From contig OX597820.1 in NCBI GenBank assembly GCA_951406725.2, positions 49,476,001-49,540,000 of the forward strand: a stretch of DNA of 64,000 nt, written 5' to 3'. Made by a program: the position numbers and the translations under genes. Source of the stretch: Octopus vulgaris. Its lineage: Eukaryota. Positions within the stretch are counted from its first letter, which is position 1, and the number at the start of each line of letters is the position of its first letter. Below, piece by piece: positions 13,278 through 26,404 of the stretch. The notes under the pieces were generated by a model. That model did not search any database and had not been told where the DNA came from. It saw only the letters and a program-made list of their open reading frames with translations.

Positions 13278-13550
13278 CGTGGGGATGCTGAAAAGTTCCT
13301 AGCTTTGGGTAAAAAAAAAATACAGGAGAGTCAGTTAATTATGACTTTATTTAAAATATTCACCTCTCAGATTCACACACTTACTTTCAGCAATCCTTCA
13401 GTTTTTTCTAAGCCCGGTAATGAACTCAGAAGTTTCTGGTAATTGTGATTTTATTCAATATATTCACACAATTATTGCAGCGGTTTTTCTAAGCCTTGTA
13501 AAAGAAATTTCGCGACACCCTTCAAGCGAGGAAATTTTAAGTAATCTTCG
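13278..13550 (-). mobile_element. Mariner-derived MITE with internal duplication
   Basis: TA-flanked cgtggggatgctgaaaagttc..ttcg. Inverse homolog of 54162-54382. Confidence 0.7.
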
Positions 13551-14061
13551 TAAGATGTTTTCCTCTTAAAAAAGGATTCCATTCCAAACATTGGATTTTC
13601 CATTCCTTATGACGATTCACCGTACACTTTTTTAATGAATTTTACAAAATGAAAGACAAGTCTTTCCCATATTACATTGTAAGCTTGTGTATGTCGAGTT
13701 GGATTTCAGATGGTGGACAGAAGCGAGTTTGAAAAATACTGTTCAATGACATATTGACAGTGATGGAGAAAATACAAATAGCGATATCATTGTTGATGTT
13801 GTTGTTCAGTTCTATTCCAGGACGAGCAAGTGTGAACACAATACTTAATATTATAATATTTATAATACGATATGACGATATGGCGGCAGTCATAAAACAG
13901 GGGCAGACTGAGTAGTTACCTGTGGTAACTACGTATTCTGTGTTGGGATGAAAGGCAACGACCATCTCGGCGAATTTACGACGGACAATATGCCGCTAAG
14001 CATTTTGCCCGATGTGCTATCGATTCTATCTGCTTCCCTTTTAAGCCATGTCGTTAATAAT

Positions 14062-14276
14062 CCTTTCTAGTATAGGCACAAGGCCTGAAATTTTGAGGGA
14101 GAGGACCCGCTGATTGCATTGACCCCAGTGTTTCACTGGTACTTAGTTTATCGACCCCCAAAAGGATGACAAGCAAAGTCGACTTCGGTGGAATTTGAAC
14201 CTAAAACGTGAAGACAGAGAAAGTTCCGCAAAGCATTTTGCCCGGCGTGTTAACGATTCTGCCTGCTCTACGCCTT
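14062..14276 (-). mobile_element. SINE family A (tail type B)
   Basis: Full head-to-tail match. TSD catgWcgttaataat at 14047-14061 and 14277-14291. Confidence 0.85.
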
Positions 14277-14305
14277 CATGACGTTAATAATGCTGATATA
14301 TTTGT

Positions 14306-14523
14306 AAGGCGGCGAGCTGGCAGAAACGTTAGCACGCCGGGCAAAATACCTGTCGTTATGTTCTGAGTTCAAATTCCGCCGAGGTCGACTTTGCCTTTCA
14401 TCCTTTTGGAGTCGATTAAATAAGTACCATTTAATTACTAGGGTCGATGTAATCGACTTAATACCCTTGTCTGTCCTTGTTTGTCTCCTCTATGTTTAGC
14501 CCCTTGTGGGCAATAAAGAAATA
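14306..14523 (+). mobile_element. SINE family A (tail type A)
   Basis: ggcggcgagctggcagaaacgttag head, gagttcaaattcc B box and gtcgactttgcctttcatcc domain. Perfect 17-bp TSD aatgctgatatatttgt at 14289-14305 and 14524-14540. Confidence 0.9.
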
Positions 14524-14953
14524 AATGCTGATATATTTGTGGTTTTTTACTGCATATTTTCCAGTATGTCCTTCGTGATTTTAAAGAGACGGCAGGAAGT
14601 GAGCAGAGGAAGATTTAGCTGTTATTTCAAGAAATATGACAAGAAACCAAGTAGATGTTTCCTCATTGGTTCACTATTGTTGATGATTTTGTGTTAGATG
14701 TGGTGTTGACTGGAGTATTGACAATGATGTTATGCTTCTAGAGGTATAAATATGGAGAATTAATTTGGTTACATTTTACAATGAAATTCCTGAAATTTCG
14801 CTCATTGATATGACGTGAAACTCCTCCCTAAATTAATTCCATTGAGTCACGTTTGCAATTCTATGAGATCGTGGAGGGTACGTGGGAGAAGTTCATTACA
14901 GGTGAGTGAAAATCGAGAGAAGTGGGGAGCGAGAGAGAGAGAGAGTGAGAGAG

Positions 14954-14989
<36 letters not shown>

Positions 14990-15399
14990 AGAGAGAGAGA
15001 TAAAGGAAGGCGTAATAATACAATGCATGTGTATGAGAAAGTTAATTTGTAAGCGGTGTTGTGTGACTGAGAAAGGAGAGAAAGAAAGAACAAGACGAAA
15101 AGAGAATGGGGGAGGGAGGAGAGAGAGGGATGAAGCGAGAGAAAGGGAAGTGAGGATGTGAGGTAAGGACTATCCAATTAAGTGCGGACAGCATCTGTGC
15201 AGATCAATGAGTACATTTGATCGAATTATCACATCTTTTCGATACTGCATGCAGATTTGCGCACAGAGATTACATGTGTGTGTGGAGGGGGGGAGTGATT
15301 AGTGCGTTTATGTGTGTGAGTGGGCTTCAGCGAGTGTGTGTACAAGAGCGTGTGTATTTGTGATTAAAGATACATGTGTCTACAAGTGTGTATAAGCAT

Positions 15400-15440
<41 letters not shown>

Positions 15441-15515
15441 GTCATACCTGTATTTATTTATATATATACATATGAATGTATATATATATATATGTGTGAT
15501 CGTATGTGTGTGTAA

Positions 15516-15561
<46 letters not shown>

Positions 15562-16094
15562 ATGTACAGAGATGTGTGTGTGAGTGTATGTATATGTGTG
15601 TATGTGTGTGCGTGTGTGTGTGCGCGCGCGCGTGCGTGTGCATAGAGGAAACGCACAATAAGTTTAATGAATCTAGAGTAGAATGAACTGAAAAGGTGGT
15701 GAAGAGCGATATAGAGAACTTCTCAGCTGAAAGTTTACGAAGTGAGGATGGGTTCTAAGATTTACCGAATCTCAGACAATAAAAGACATGACACAACTGA
15801 TGTGTCACACATACACACGCATGCACATACACACACACACACACGCACACACACACGACGTCTATAATACATGGTAACACAATTCCACGACTGTCCCCTC
15901 ATCTCCAGAAAATATGCTTGACCCTTTCTTCAATGGGATGTTAACTTTGATTCTTCAGATTATCTCCCCTTTTCATATGCAGACAAGCTTTTTCGTCATT
16001 GGGTGTTTCAATCACATCCACCTGAAGAACCGAGGTTGTATGGTATTTGATGAACCTATATTTTTCGATGTTCTTTAAATGCTTGTCACTAGAT

Positions 16095-16336
16095 CAGTGG
16101 TTCTCAGACACTTTTTTCTATGTACTTTCCATTTTACTATACTGGACCCTCATAGTAATTCAGTGTTTTAAAAAATTCCTATTATGTTTTTGCAGCTAGA
16201 TATTATTAGGTATTGTATAAAAACATTTGTTAAAATATGCTGCTTATTAAAGACGTATAAGCAATTTATTGCACATCAGGTTTAACAACAAAATCTTACG
16301 TGGACCCTCAAGGGTCATGTGAACTCGATACCACTG
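16095..16336 (+). mobile_element. hAT (Charlie-like) MITE
   Basis: Termini cagtggt..accactg and 8-bp TSD cactagat/cactagac with a CTAG core. Second copy inverted at 46945-47214. Confidence 0.8.
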
Positions 16337-16427
16337 CACTAGACTTTGAAAGTTGATTCACTTCGTTCATTCTTGTGTGTTTACACATACACACCCATGC
16401 AATCCACCCTATGCATATATGTATATA

Positions 16428-16495
<68 letters not shown>

Positions 16496-16496
<1 letters not shown>

Positions 16497-16603
16497 CTGC
16501 TCGCTTAGCCAGCGGGGTCGCGTCATTCGAAGGCTAAAACAATGCGAATGCATTGTGACCAGCGATGTGTAACACCATCTGATGGTCTGGTCTGTCACGT
16601 GAT

Positions 16604-16608
<5 letters not shown>
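16496..16608 (+). mobile_element. Dispersed retroposon 3'-end fragment
   Basis: ctgctcgcttagccagc..cgaaggctaaaaca..cattgtgaccag..tcacg(g)tgatcacg(g)tga, also at 40283-40400. Both copies lie in (TA)n. Confidence 0.7.
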
Positions 16609-16647
<39 letters not shown>

Positions 16648-16657
16648 GTTTATATAT

Positions 16658-16790
16658 TTGTTTTGCAAGATTTTTGATGTGAAATCGAGTGTTGAAACAG
16701 ATATTGTTGTATTTAGGAATGATCATTTTGCCAGTTTAGCCAATAAAAAACACACGCACTATATATTTGGTGTTACTTTGCTTTGGCGTT
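16658..16790 (-). mobile_element. 5' ORF-start fragment of a retroelement (probably Penelope-like pLTR)
   Basis: Encodes MIIPKYNNICFNTRFHIKNLAKQ, 15/23 identical to the peptide at 23933-24001. Confidence 0.55.
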
Positions 16791-16805
16791 ATTTATTTTT
16801 TACGT

Positions 16806-17178
16806 GGAGGCGCAATGGCCCAGTGGTTAGGGCAGCGGACTCGCGGTTTCGATTCCCAGACCGGGCGTTGTGAGTTTTATTGAGTGAAAACACCTAAAGC
16901 TCCACGAGGCTCCGGCAGGGATGGTGGTGATCCCTGCTGTACTCTTTCACCACAACTTTCTCTCACTCTTACTTCCTGTTTCTGTTGTACCTGTATTTCA
17001 AAGGGCCGGCCTTGTCACTCTCTGTGTCACGCTGAATATCCCCGAGAACTGCGTTAAGGGTACACGTGTCTGTGGAGTGCTCAGCCACTTACACGTTAAT
17101 TTCACGAGCAGGCTGTTCTGTTGATCGGATCAACCGGAACCCTCGTCGTCGTAACCGACGGAGTGCTTCCACCACCAC
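16806..17178 (+). mobile_element. SINE family C1 (tRNA-derived, resembling octopus OR-type SINEs)
   Basis: A box tggcccagtggtt, B box gtttcgattcc and (CCA)n-type tail. 15-bp TSD atttattttttacRt at 16791-16805 and 17179-17193. Near-identical copy at 39679. Confidence 0.9.
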
Positions 17179-18014
17179 ATTTATTTTTTACATCAATCTT
17201 AATCTTATTTCGGCCAGAGTTAATATTATTAATACTATAGATAGATACATACATGCATACATACATACATACATACATACATACATACATACATACATAC
17301 ATACATACATACATACATACATACTTACATACATACACGTATGTATGCATGTATGTAGGAGATTATATTAATTTTTATTAAATACTTAGTTACCGCATTC
17401 TTTCCTGACCAACGTGCGTTTCAACTGCATCGACTGCACATTGTTAGATATGCATCCTAGCGTCCTTGCATGTACATTATTAATACTGTTACTCTACGGA
17501 AACTATGCAATCCCAAATAGGATACTCGGGTTTACCAAGCAAGAATTATCTTTAGAGTCTAGCAACTTATTGTTAACACTGGTATCACTAAAGGACCGTT
17601 GGTGCTAGCTGGCATCTGAAACCGATTAAAGAAGAAACGCGATATGTATATATGCATATATAGAATATGTGACGTTTAGCTCAGTGATGATCTAAAACAA
17701 TAGTACGCTGTATAAGTGCTATAATTGGTCATCCGTTAGATTCCAAGCTCACAGCTGAGGCTGGAGCTAGGGATGCGTAGTATGCTTCCGAGTCAGCAGG
17801 TGTATATTAAAAAAAAAAGGAAAACAAAACCAAGGCAAGACGAGTATCTCAGGAATTTAGAATATTTAATTAGAGTAAGGTAAATTAAAAATGGAGAAGT
17901 AGAAGTAATTATATCCATTTTGATTCACCTTATTCTAAATGATCTGAGATGCTCGCCCTGCCCTGGGTTTTTTGTTTTCCTTTTCCTTTTATATATCTAT
18001 ATATATATATACAT

Positions 18015-18070
<56 letters not shown>

Positions 18071-18332
18071 CATACATACATACATACATACATACATACA
18101 TACATACATGCATATATCTCTTCATTCACCAGAGCCAATAGCACACGAAAAAAAATGTAAAATATACTTTAATATATCATATTTGAAATGCCGCGATTTT
18201 TTGAGACGCACTATTCGATGTAGTGTAAAAATAATATCTATCATTACTAAATATTTAAAAGTTTCTCTGAAAGTGGCGTCACCAGATGCATACGTACAAC
18301 TTTGACGTTAAACAGTCACTATTGATATATAT

Positions 18333-18729
18333 GAGTGGCTGTGTGGTAAGTAGCTTGCTAACCATCCACATGGTTCCGGATTCAGTCCCACTGCGTGGCA
18401 TCTTGGCCAAGTGTCTTCTGCTATAGCCTCGGGCCGACCAATGCCTTGTGAGTGGATTTGGTAGACGGAAACTGAAAGAAGCCTGTCGTATATATGTATA
18501 TATATGTATGTGTGTGTATGTGTTTGTGTGTCTGTGTTTGTCCCCCTAGCATTGCTTGACAACCGATGCTGGTGTGCTTACGTCACTTATCGGTTCGGCA
18601 AAAGTGACCGATAGAATAAGTACTGGGCTTACAAAGAATAAGTCCCGGGGTCGATTTGCTCGACTAAAGGCGGTGCTCCAGCATGGCCGCAGTCAAATGA
18701 CCGAAACACAAGTAAAAGAGTAAAAGAGA

Positions 18730-18730
<1 letters not shown>
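18333..18730 (+). mobile_element. SINE family B (tRNA head, CORE-like segment, internal microsatellite)
   Basis: tggctgtgtggtaag A box, g(g)ttcagtccc B box, cttggNcaagtg, internal (TA)/(TG)n and tail cagtcaaatgacNgaaacaagtaaaagag. Confidence 0.9.
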
Positions 18731-18787
<57 letters not shown>

Positions 18788-18854
18788 TGAGAGGGAGAGA
18801 AAAAGAGATACAATACAGATATATACACACACACATTATCTGTGTATTTATATA

Positions 18855-19029
18855 TTCTCTTATTCTTTTATTTGTTTCAGTCATTCGACTGCGGCCATGC
18901 TGGAGCACCGCTTTTAGTCGAACAAATCGACCCCCGGACTTATTCTAACGGTCTCTTTTGCCGTACTGCTAAGTAAACACGCCGACATCCGTTAGCAAGT
19001 GATGATGAGGGGACAAACACAGATACACA

Positions 19030-19092
<63 letters not shown>

Positions 19093-19212
19093 GACCAGCC
19101 TCTTTCAATTTCCGTCTACCAAATCCGCTCACAAGGCTTTGGTCGGCCCGAGGCTATAGTAGAAGACATTTGCCCAAGGTGCCACGCAATGGGACTGAAC
19201 TCGGAACCATGT
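18855..19212 (-). mobile_element. SINE family B
   Basis: Reverse-complement match, tail-to-tail with 18333-18730. Confidence 0.85.
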
Positions 19213-19214
19213 AG

Positions 19215-19555
19215 ATAGACGAATTTGGTAAACGAAAACTGAAAGAACCCCGTCGTATAGATCTATATGTGTATGTGTGTGTACGTGTATGTGTGCGAAC
19301 GTGTGTGCGTGTGTGTGTGTGTGTGTGTGTGAATGCGTGTGTGTGTCTATGTGTCTGTATTTGTTCACCCCACTATCGCAGGACAACCGATGCTGGTGTG
19401 TTTACGCCCGCGAAACTGGCCGTTCGGCAAAATGGACCGATAGAATAAGTACTTGGTTTACAAAGAGTAAGTTCAGAGAGCGATCTATTCGACTAAAGGC
19501 CGTCCTCCAGCATGGCCGCAGTCAAAATGGCTGAAACAAGTAAAAATAAAAGAAA
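19215..19555 (+). mobile_element. SINE family B, 5'-truncated
   Basis: Match from atttggta..actgaaaga to ctgaaacaagtaaaa. Confidence 0.8.
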
Positions 19556-20784
19556 AAAAAGAATGTATATTTGTCCAAAATCATGCATTAGGAGTGAATG
19601 GTGAATGGAGAGTAATTCAATGAAAAAGCAGTAGTGGGAGTAATAGCCACGACTGAGTGTGAATAAGAGTAAGTAAGAGCAATGAGAGAGAGAGGAAGTG
19701 GCAAAGAGAGCGTCGTGTATCTTCCACTATAATAATCAGTTATAATAATACACTTGTGTATTCCTCCATCACAACATATGAATGAGAAAGGAAGTGGTGA
19801 TTCACCAATGGAAGTGGGATGGTGAAATGTAAATGGTGAAACAAAGATCAAACAGTGTTTCAACTCTGTGTGAGTATATGTGTGTGCGTATGAAAGGGAG
19901 GAATGTGAATGTTTGTGTAAAATGTATTTATATATTTCAGTGAGTGTATATGTGTTTGTGGATGTTTATTTAGAAAGATACACAGAAGATGGCATTACGG
20001 ACGCGCATTACACATACATATATACAGACACACTTAAAAAGGAAGGAAGCGCGCTGTGACATTATATAGAAAACCGCCTTCGCTACGGACTCTACTACTC
20101 ATATATATAAATTTATACACATGCTCATACGCACACAAGCGAGCGCGCGGGCACACACACAAACACACACACACACACACACACAGTTGAAGCACTGATT
20201 TTTCCCCCACCTTTTTGTACCCTTTTAATATCAAAATACTACAATTAGCCGTCATTTTTGATGGCACAGGATTTGCTATACACAAACACAAGCACATATA
20301 TATGTATATAAACGTATATGCAACTATGCATGTATTTACACACATATGTATGCACACACCTGTATACACACCTGTATACATATACAGAAATATATATATA
20401 TGTGTGTGTATATATATATATATATATATACGAGGTGTGATCAATAAGTATTCAGAATGTTGCCATAGTAACGAATCTAAAAGACGCGGAGTGAAACACG
20501 GATGGACAGAGAGACAGACAGACAGACAAACAGATAGATAGACAGGTAGAAGGAGAAGGAGAGAGAAAGAGAGAGGGAGGGTAGGTAGACATGTAGGTAG
20601 ATAGAGGAATGAATATACATAAGTTACTTGATGAATAGGTAAATATTTAGATTGGTGGTTAGACCTATCTAACTAAATATGCATCAATTTATCTTTCTAT
20701 AGATCGATGAGTAGACGGAAAGGTGTTTATACAGGTAAATAGAGAAATAAATAGACTGATGAATAAACAGATAAATAGAGATAT

Positions 20785-20870
<86 letters not shown>
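20785..20870. repeat. (GATA)n microsatellite
   Basis: Direct inspection. Confidence 0.95.
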
Positions 20871-20872
<2 letters not shown>

Positions 20873-21788
20873 AAAAGGGAGAGAGAGTGGAGAGAAATAG
20901 ATACCTGTATGAATAAAACAGTAAGAGAGACATGCAAAAAATTCCAGAAAACAAAGTTTAAGAAATAAAAATGAGGCAAAATGCAAATAGATATACATGA
21001 GGAAACATTATAGTTTGGAACATATTTCAAAGACAAAATAATAATACATTAAAAGTTCCACCCACCCCCATACCAAAAAGAAAGGAATAAATTCCAAAAT
21101 AGTATAAATTAGAAAGAGATAATGTAAAAGAACGCAAGAATCAAAGTGAAACAAAATGGCCGCCAGCATGTGAATAAGTGCAAGCTGATAAGTTTAAAAG
21201 AGAAGACGAAAGAAACTGAAGGAGAAGGTGAGAGAGAACAGTGAGAGCGCAGAAATTCATCAATATAAAACGTGAGTAATTGATGTTATGCTGTATATAG
21301 TGCCATTAATATTACCTGGTCGATAACCTAATGGTAAACTTTTATAACACATTTTTCCACATTGAAAAATTTGATGGAATTACTTCTACTTCAGCATATT
21401 AATAAAAAATGCATTATGAAAAATATGGTATTTGATAAATATATATAAACAGGTAGACATACATACTCGCTGAGACATGCAAAGAAGACATACAAAATGA
21501 CACATACACAGGGACAGAGTTACAGAGACATAGATAATGGTAAACAGACATACACATCCAACTCTAATCCTCGACACACAAACACACAGGTAAAACATCA
21601 CTCACAAACACGTCAGAATTTGTTTATGTGAGTGAATATATATATATATGTATAGGTAGGTAGAAGCGTGTGTATGTGTATGTGTGTATACAGAGAGACA
21701 GAAAGAGAGAGGGAAAGAGAGAGAAAAGGGGAGGAGAGAGACACAAGCTAGCAAACATAGAAGAATGAAAGAATGAAGAAAGATACAT

Positions 21789-21820
<32 letters not shown>

Positions 21821-22467
21821 CGACTGGAAGAAAAGGTTGTGAGAAAGCGACAGTAGAAATTTTACACTGATCTTTTGGCATGGCATTTCCCAGGTCATCG
21901 AAATGTCGATTGGTGCATAAATTAGATTGAACAATTTTACCTGTATTTTATTTATTTATTTATTTATCTATTTTATTTTATTTGCTGGAGCGAGGAATTA
22001 TCGTCTATTATTTAATTGGTTTCGCCATAACCGACCACGATGCATGTGTGTGTGCGTGTGTGTGTGTGTGTGAGTGTGTTTGTGTGTGCGTGTGTGTGTG
22101 TCGACAGACTAATCAAGAGGAGGAGATGAGGGAGAAGATAGAATTGGGAAAGGGACAGATGCTCACAGAATTTTTATTTTTTAGGGATATTGCCAGAACT
22201 AAAACGAAATCCCGAGTGATTTTCTTTATGAAATATATCCGATATATATTGATTCTAAAGATTGATACATGCCTTTTTATGGCCACTCGCCGGTATTGTA
22301 ACAATGCAGGTCGGGTGAGGTGAAGGACAAGATGTAGAGATTAAGCTGCATGCATCTAATGATGTTTAACCTTTTCAGATAATCATGAACTAGACTTCGC
22401 CTTTCATATTTCCCATTCTGTTCAGATTCTTTAAAGAAATTTCGAAATCCTGACATGGAACACATGT

Positions 22468-22528
<61 letters not shown>

Positions 22529-22731
22529 TTATGGCCACATGATGCTCGTGCAAAATACTACGAAATGAAGGAACGCACTCAGTATTGTTACGAAGACTAG
22601 GAAAATGTCTTCACAGTTGACATTTTGAATTTCACTACTTCTGGATACTCGACCTCAATCCTCAGACAGCAAGTTCTGGAATGCACTCAGGCATGACAAA
22701 TTATCTCTTTTTCTCTTTCCCTCTCCTTCTC

Positions 22732-22791
<60 letters not shown>

Positions 22792-23030
22792 ATTATTAAG
22801 GTGACTAGACACAATTTAAAATCAAAAGTATACAATTCAAGAGTCACTATGTATGTATATATATGTATATATATGTATATATATACAAACACGCGTGTGT
22901 GTATGTGAGTGTGTGTGCACGTGCGTGTGAGTAAAATGTTCCTGTGCGTTTTTCGTGAGAGCAAACCTTAAAGAAATAGTATTACATTTATTTATTAGGT
23001 AATGTTCTCAACTGATTTGCATTGATTCAT

Positions 23031-23279
23031 TCATCTACGTATTCCTGACTTTGGTCTCACAGACACGTTGTCTCCTACATTGTATTCTGTCTCTGCTCTA
23101 AATTCCTTTACTTCTCGGAATAGTTTAATTCTCAGCCACTTCTTTTCAGACAACCTGGAATCAGAAGTCGCATTTTTTCTCATTTCTCGTATTGTATTCA
23201 GTTCTTCGACCTCAAAGCTCACCATATTTCGATCTGCAATTTTTTTCAAACACAAGGTTAACTGTGTTGTTGTCATCAC
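23031..23279 (-). pseudogene. Possible integrase/transposase C-terminal remnant
   Basis: LNTIREMRKNA..FRAETEYNVGDNVSVR resembles the charged helix plus xxVGDxV motif that follows DDE integrase cores (Gypsy/Ginger type). No catalytic motif is visible. Confidence 0.3.
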
Positions 23280-23919
23280 TCATGACAAGCATAATTTGAA
23301 GGACAACATCACGGACCTTCCCTCTACAGACCAAGTCAATAGAATTATATAAAATGATGACATCAATGTCTGTGAAGAGACTTCCAAGTGTTCTGTGAAC
23401 AATTACATTAAAATTGAGATGTTACTACGTTCTTTAGTAATCTCGTAAAATACAAATACATAATCACTGCGAATTTTTTTTTAAAAATCGATCACTGTGC
23501 TTCAACAAAACATTGCTCAACTCTTAGAGGCGTTATAAATACTTGATTACGAAATCTCTTAAGAAATCTTATGGCAGGGTCAGAATCATTAGCAAATCAG
23601 TAAGTTTCCGGTTCTTTACGTTCTGAGTCCAAATTTCGTTTCCTATCGACTTTGTTTTTCATCGTTTGGGGTCGATAAAATAACTGCCTGTTGAGCAACT
23701 GGGCTCGATGCAATCAATTACAGGTCGGCTTCCGGCCCAAATTTCAGGATTTCCATCAAAAACTTTCCCTGGGTACCAATCCAATATATTCACTGCGCAT
23801 GACTGATTGACTATTGGTGTTTTTCCCCCGTTTTTATTCTTGAAATAAACACACAAACACACACACATCATATACATAGAAATACATATATGAATATTTA
23901 TTTATATATATATATATAT

Positions 23920-24280
23920 TTCGTTTTGGGATTTGGTTTGCAAGATTCTTTATGTAAGTTCGTGTGTTGAAGTATATTGTGTTGCATTTGGGGAGAGTCA
24001 TTCTCTTTTAGTGCCTTATATTTTAACACACTCACCGGTAAAATTTCCACTCATTTTCTTATTTATTTTTCTGAAAGGAAATTTTAAAGATGACAAGATG
24101 CAACGAAAATTTTAGAAAAATAAAGAAGGAAATGAGTAGAAATTTTACCGGTGAGCGTGTTAAATTAAAAGGCGCTAAAAGTGAATGACTCTCCCAGACA
24201 CAACAGCATATATATTGAAGAAGTCTCAATGACTGAAACCGGTACTGAAATGTTTTTTTATAAATTTATTTTAGCATTTT
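23920..24280. mobile_element. Penelope-like pLTR fragments in inverted arrangement followed by a hammerhead-like motif
   Basis: Arms 23974-24076 and 24110-24211 are reverse complements. Minus ORF start MTLPKCNTIYFNTRTYIKNLANQ. TTGAAGA-AGTC-tcaat-GACT-GAAACCGGTA at 24215-24244. Confidence 0.65.
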
Positions 24281-24336
24281 CTTCCATGACTTGTTTTTCC
24301 ATGTATATCGACTCGTGTGTTCCTTTTCCACCCTCT

Positions 24337-24371
<35 letters not shown>

Positions 24372-24372
24372 C

Positions 24373-24408
<36 letters not shown>

Positions 24409-24606
24409 GTAGTAGAAAGACAGGGAAGAGAGAAAGAGAGAGACAGACAAACCGACAGACAAACAGACAGACAGACAAACAAACAGACAGATTATGCTGC
24501 TATGGGGTATAGGAGAAATAAAAGGATTACCTCATGCAGAGCACTAAATCATCGTACAGAAAAGGGTTCACATATTTAGTCAGGATTGATTACTGATATA
24601 CATACA

Positions 24607-24652
<46 letters not shown>

Positions 24653-25014
24653 GAGATACAATGAAAGTCAGAGAGAAGGTGAAAGACAGACAGTCAGACT
24701 GAGGCACAGAATCACAATTGCTGCCAAGATACCCACAGACAAACGCACAGAGACACACATTCGCATATATACCTTCACCCAGTCACGTACATCCTTTCTT
24801 ACATTCATACATCTGTCTGTCTGTCGCGTCTTTCCATGCCAACATTCTTATAAATTACGTCACAAGCACTTGCACTGCCGTCATGGAATCTCTTTTACTC
24901 TTCTTAGTGCTTGTGGGTGGGTAGAGTCGTATGGTTATGCATGATGAATGTATGAGGCTCACTGCATGCACCTGCGTGTGTGTCTGTGTGTGTGAGACAT
25001 ATATATATATATTG

Positions 25015-25375
25015 TTTTATTCTTTTGCTTGTATCAATCAATTGATTGCGGCAAAGCTGGAGCATCGCTTTTTAGTCGGAGAATTCGACAACGTGATTTA
25101 TTCTTTGTAAGCCCGATACTTAATCTATCGGTCTCGTTTGCCGAATCTTTAAGTTACGGGGTTATAAATACACTAACATAGGTTGTCAAGTGATCAGTGG
25201 GGGGGGGACGACAAGCACAAACACAAAGACACAGATATAAATACACACACATATTTACAACGAGCCTCTTTTCAGTTTTCGTCTACCAAATCCATTCACA
25301 ATGCTTTGGTCGCCTCGAGGCTAGAGAAGACCCTTGCTCAATGTGACACGCAATGGGACTGTAACCGGAAGCATC
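25015..25375 (-). mobile_element. Diverged SINE family B
   Basis: Reverse-complement match along the whole length. Confidence 0.75.
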
Positions 25376-25756
25376 TTTTTTAGACTTATAATGTCAATAG
25401 CGCAGGTATATATCAACAACAGGCGAAGAATCGCCAACAGCGGTGGTTTATTTTTTTATTATTTATTTAATTTGGTAAGCTTCAGGTTGGATGGTGATCT
25501 AGTTAGACAGTGATGTTCTCTTGCCATGTGTTACCAATGGAATGTTGGTATTGATGAAGCCGAAATATGCAGAGATCCAAATCTAGCCATGACACCACCG
25601 CTGTTGAGTGATCTTCGCATAGTGTTGATTAATTTCTGTTTTTAAGAATACATGTCTATAACAGATGCTTTCTCGGGGTGAATAATGCAGCTTAGAAGGC
25701 TGCCCACAAATGTACACACACATACCACACACACACAGACACACACACACACACAC

Positions 25757-25798
<42 letters not shown>

Positions 25799-25799
25799 T

Positions 25800-26320
25800 A
25801 TTTTACTCTTTTACCTGTTTCAGTCATTTGACTGCGGCCATGCTGGAGCACCGCCTTTAGTCGAGCAACTCGACCCCGGGACTTATTCTTTGTAAGCCCA
25901 GTACTTATTCTATTGGTCTCTTTTTGCTGAACCGCTAAGTGACGGGGACATAAACACACCAGCATCGGTTGTCAAGCAATGCTAGGGGGACAAACACAGA
26001 CACACAGACATACACGTACACACATATATATATATACATATATATACGATGGGCTTCCCTCAGCTTCCGTCTACCAAATCCACTCACAAGGCTTTGGTGG
26101 GCCCGAGGCTATAGTAGAAGACACTTGCCCAGGGTGCCACGCAGGTGTCATACATATATATGACGGGCTTCATTCGGTTTCCGTCCCCCAAACCCACACA
26201 GCAGGCTTTAATCGGCCCGAGACTGTAGTACAAGATATCTTCCCAAGGCGCCGCGCAGAGGGACTGAGCCTGGAACCATGTGATTGTGAAACAAACTTCT
26301 TACCATATAACAACACCTGC
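25800..26320 (-). mobile_element. SINE family B plus an adjacent older 5' half
   Basis: 25800-26144 is a young copy lacking the head; 26160-26320 is a diverged head region. Confidence 0.8.
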
Positions 26321-26404
26321 GTCTATATATGTCCAGAGGCACTATCTTGATAGTTTTCGTGTTTTTCTGTATGTTTCTTCGTTGTCCTCCTGTGTCATAT
26401 TTTA

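Noticed and set aside
13763-13913. MEKIQIAISLLMLLFSSIPGRAS signal-peptide-like short ORF
   Set aside because: Short ORF in TTG-rich low-complexity sequence with no supporting gene structure.
16921-17124. Duplicated ORF MVVIPAVLFHHNF.. (also at 39810)
   Set aside because: It lies within TSD-flanked SINE C1 copies.
18690-18720. SINE B tail AGTC-aaat-GAC(T)GAAAC resembling half a hammerhead
   Set aside because: There is no CUGANGA upstream; it is more simply a retroposon 3' stem-loop.
21152-21164. YY1-like motif CAAAATGGCCGCC as a promoter
   Set aside because: An isolated motif with no CpG-rich or transcription-start context.
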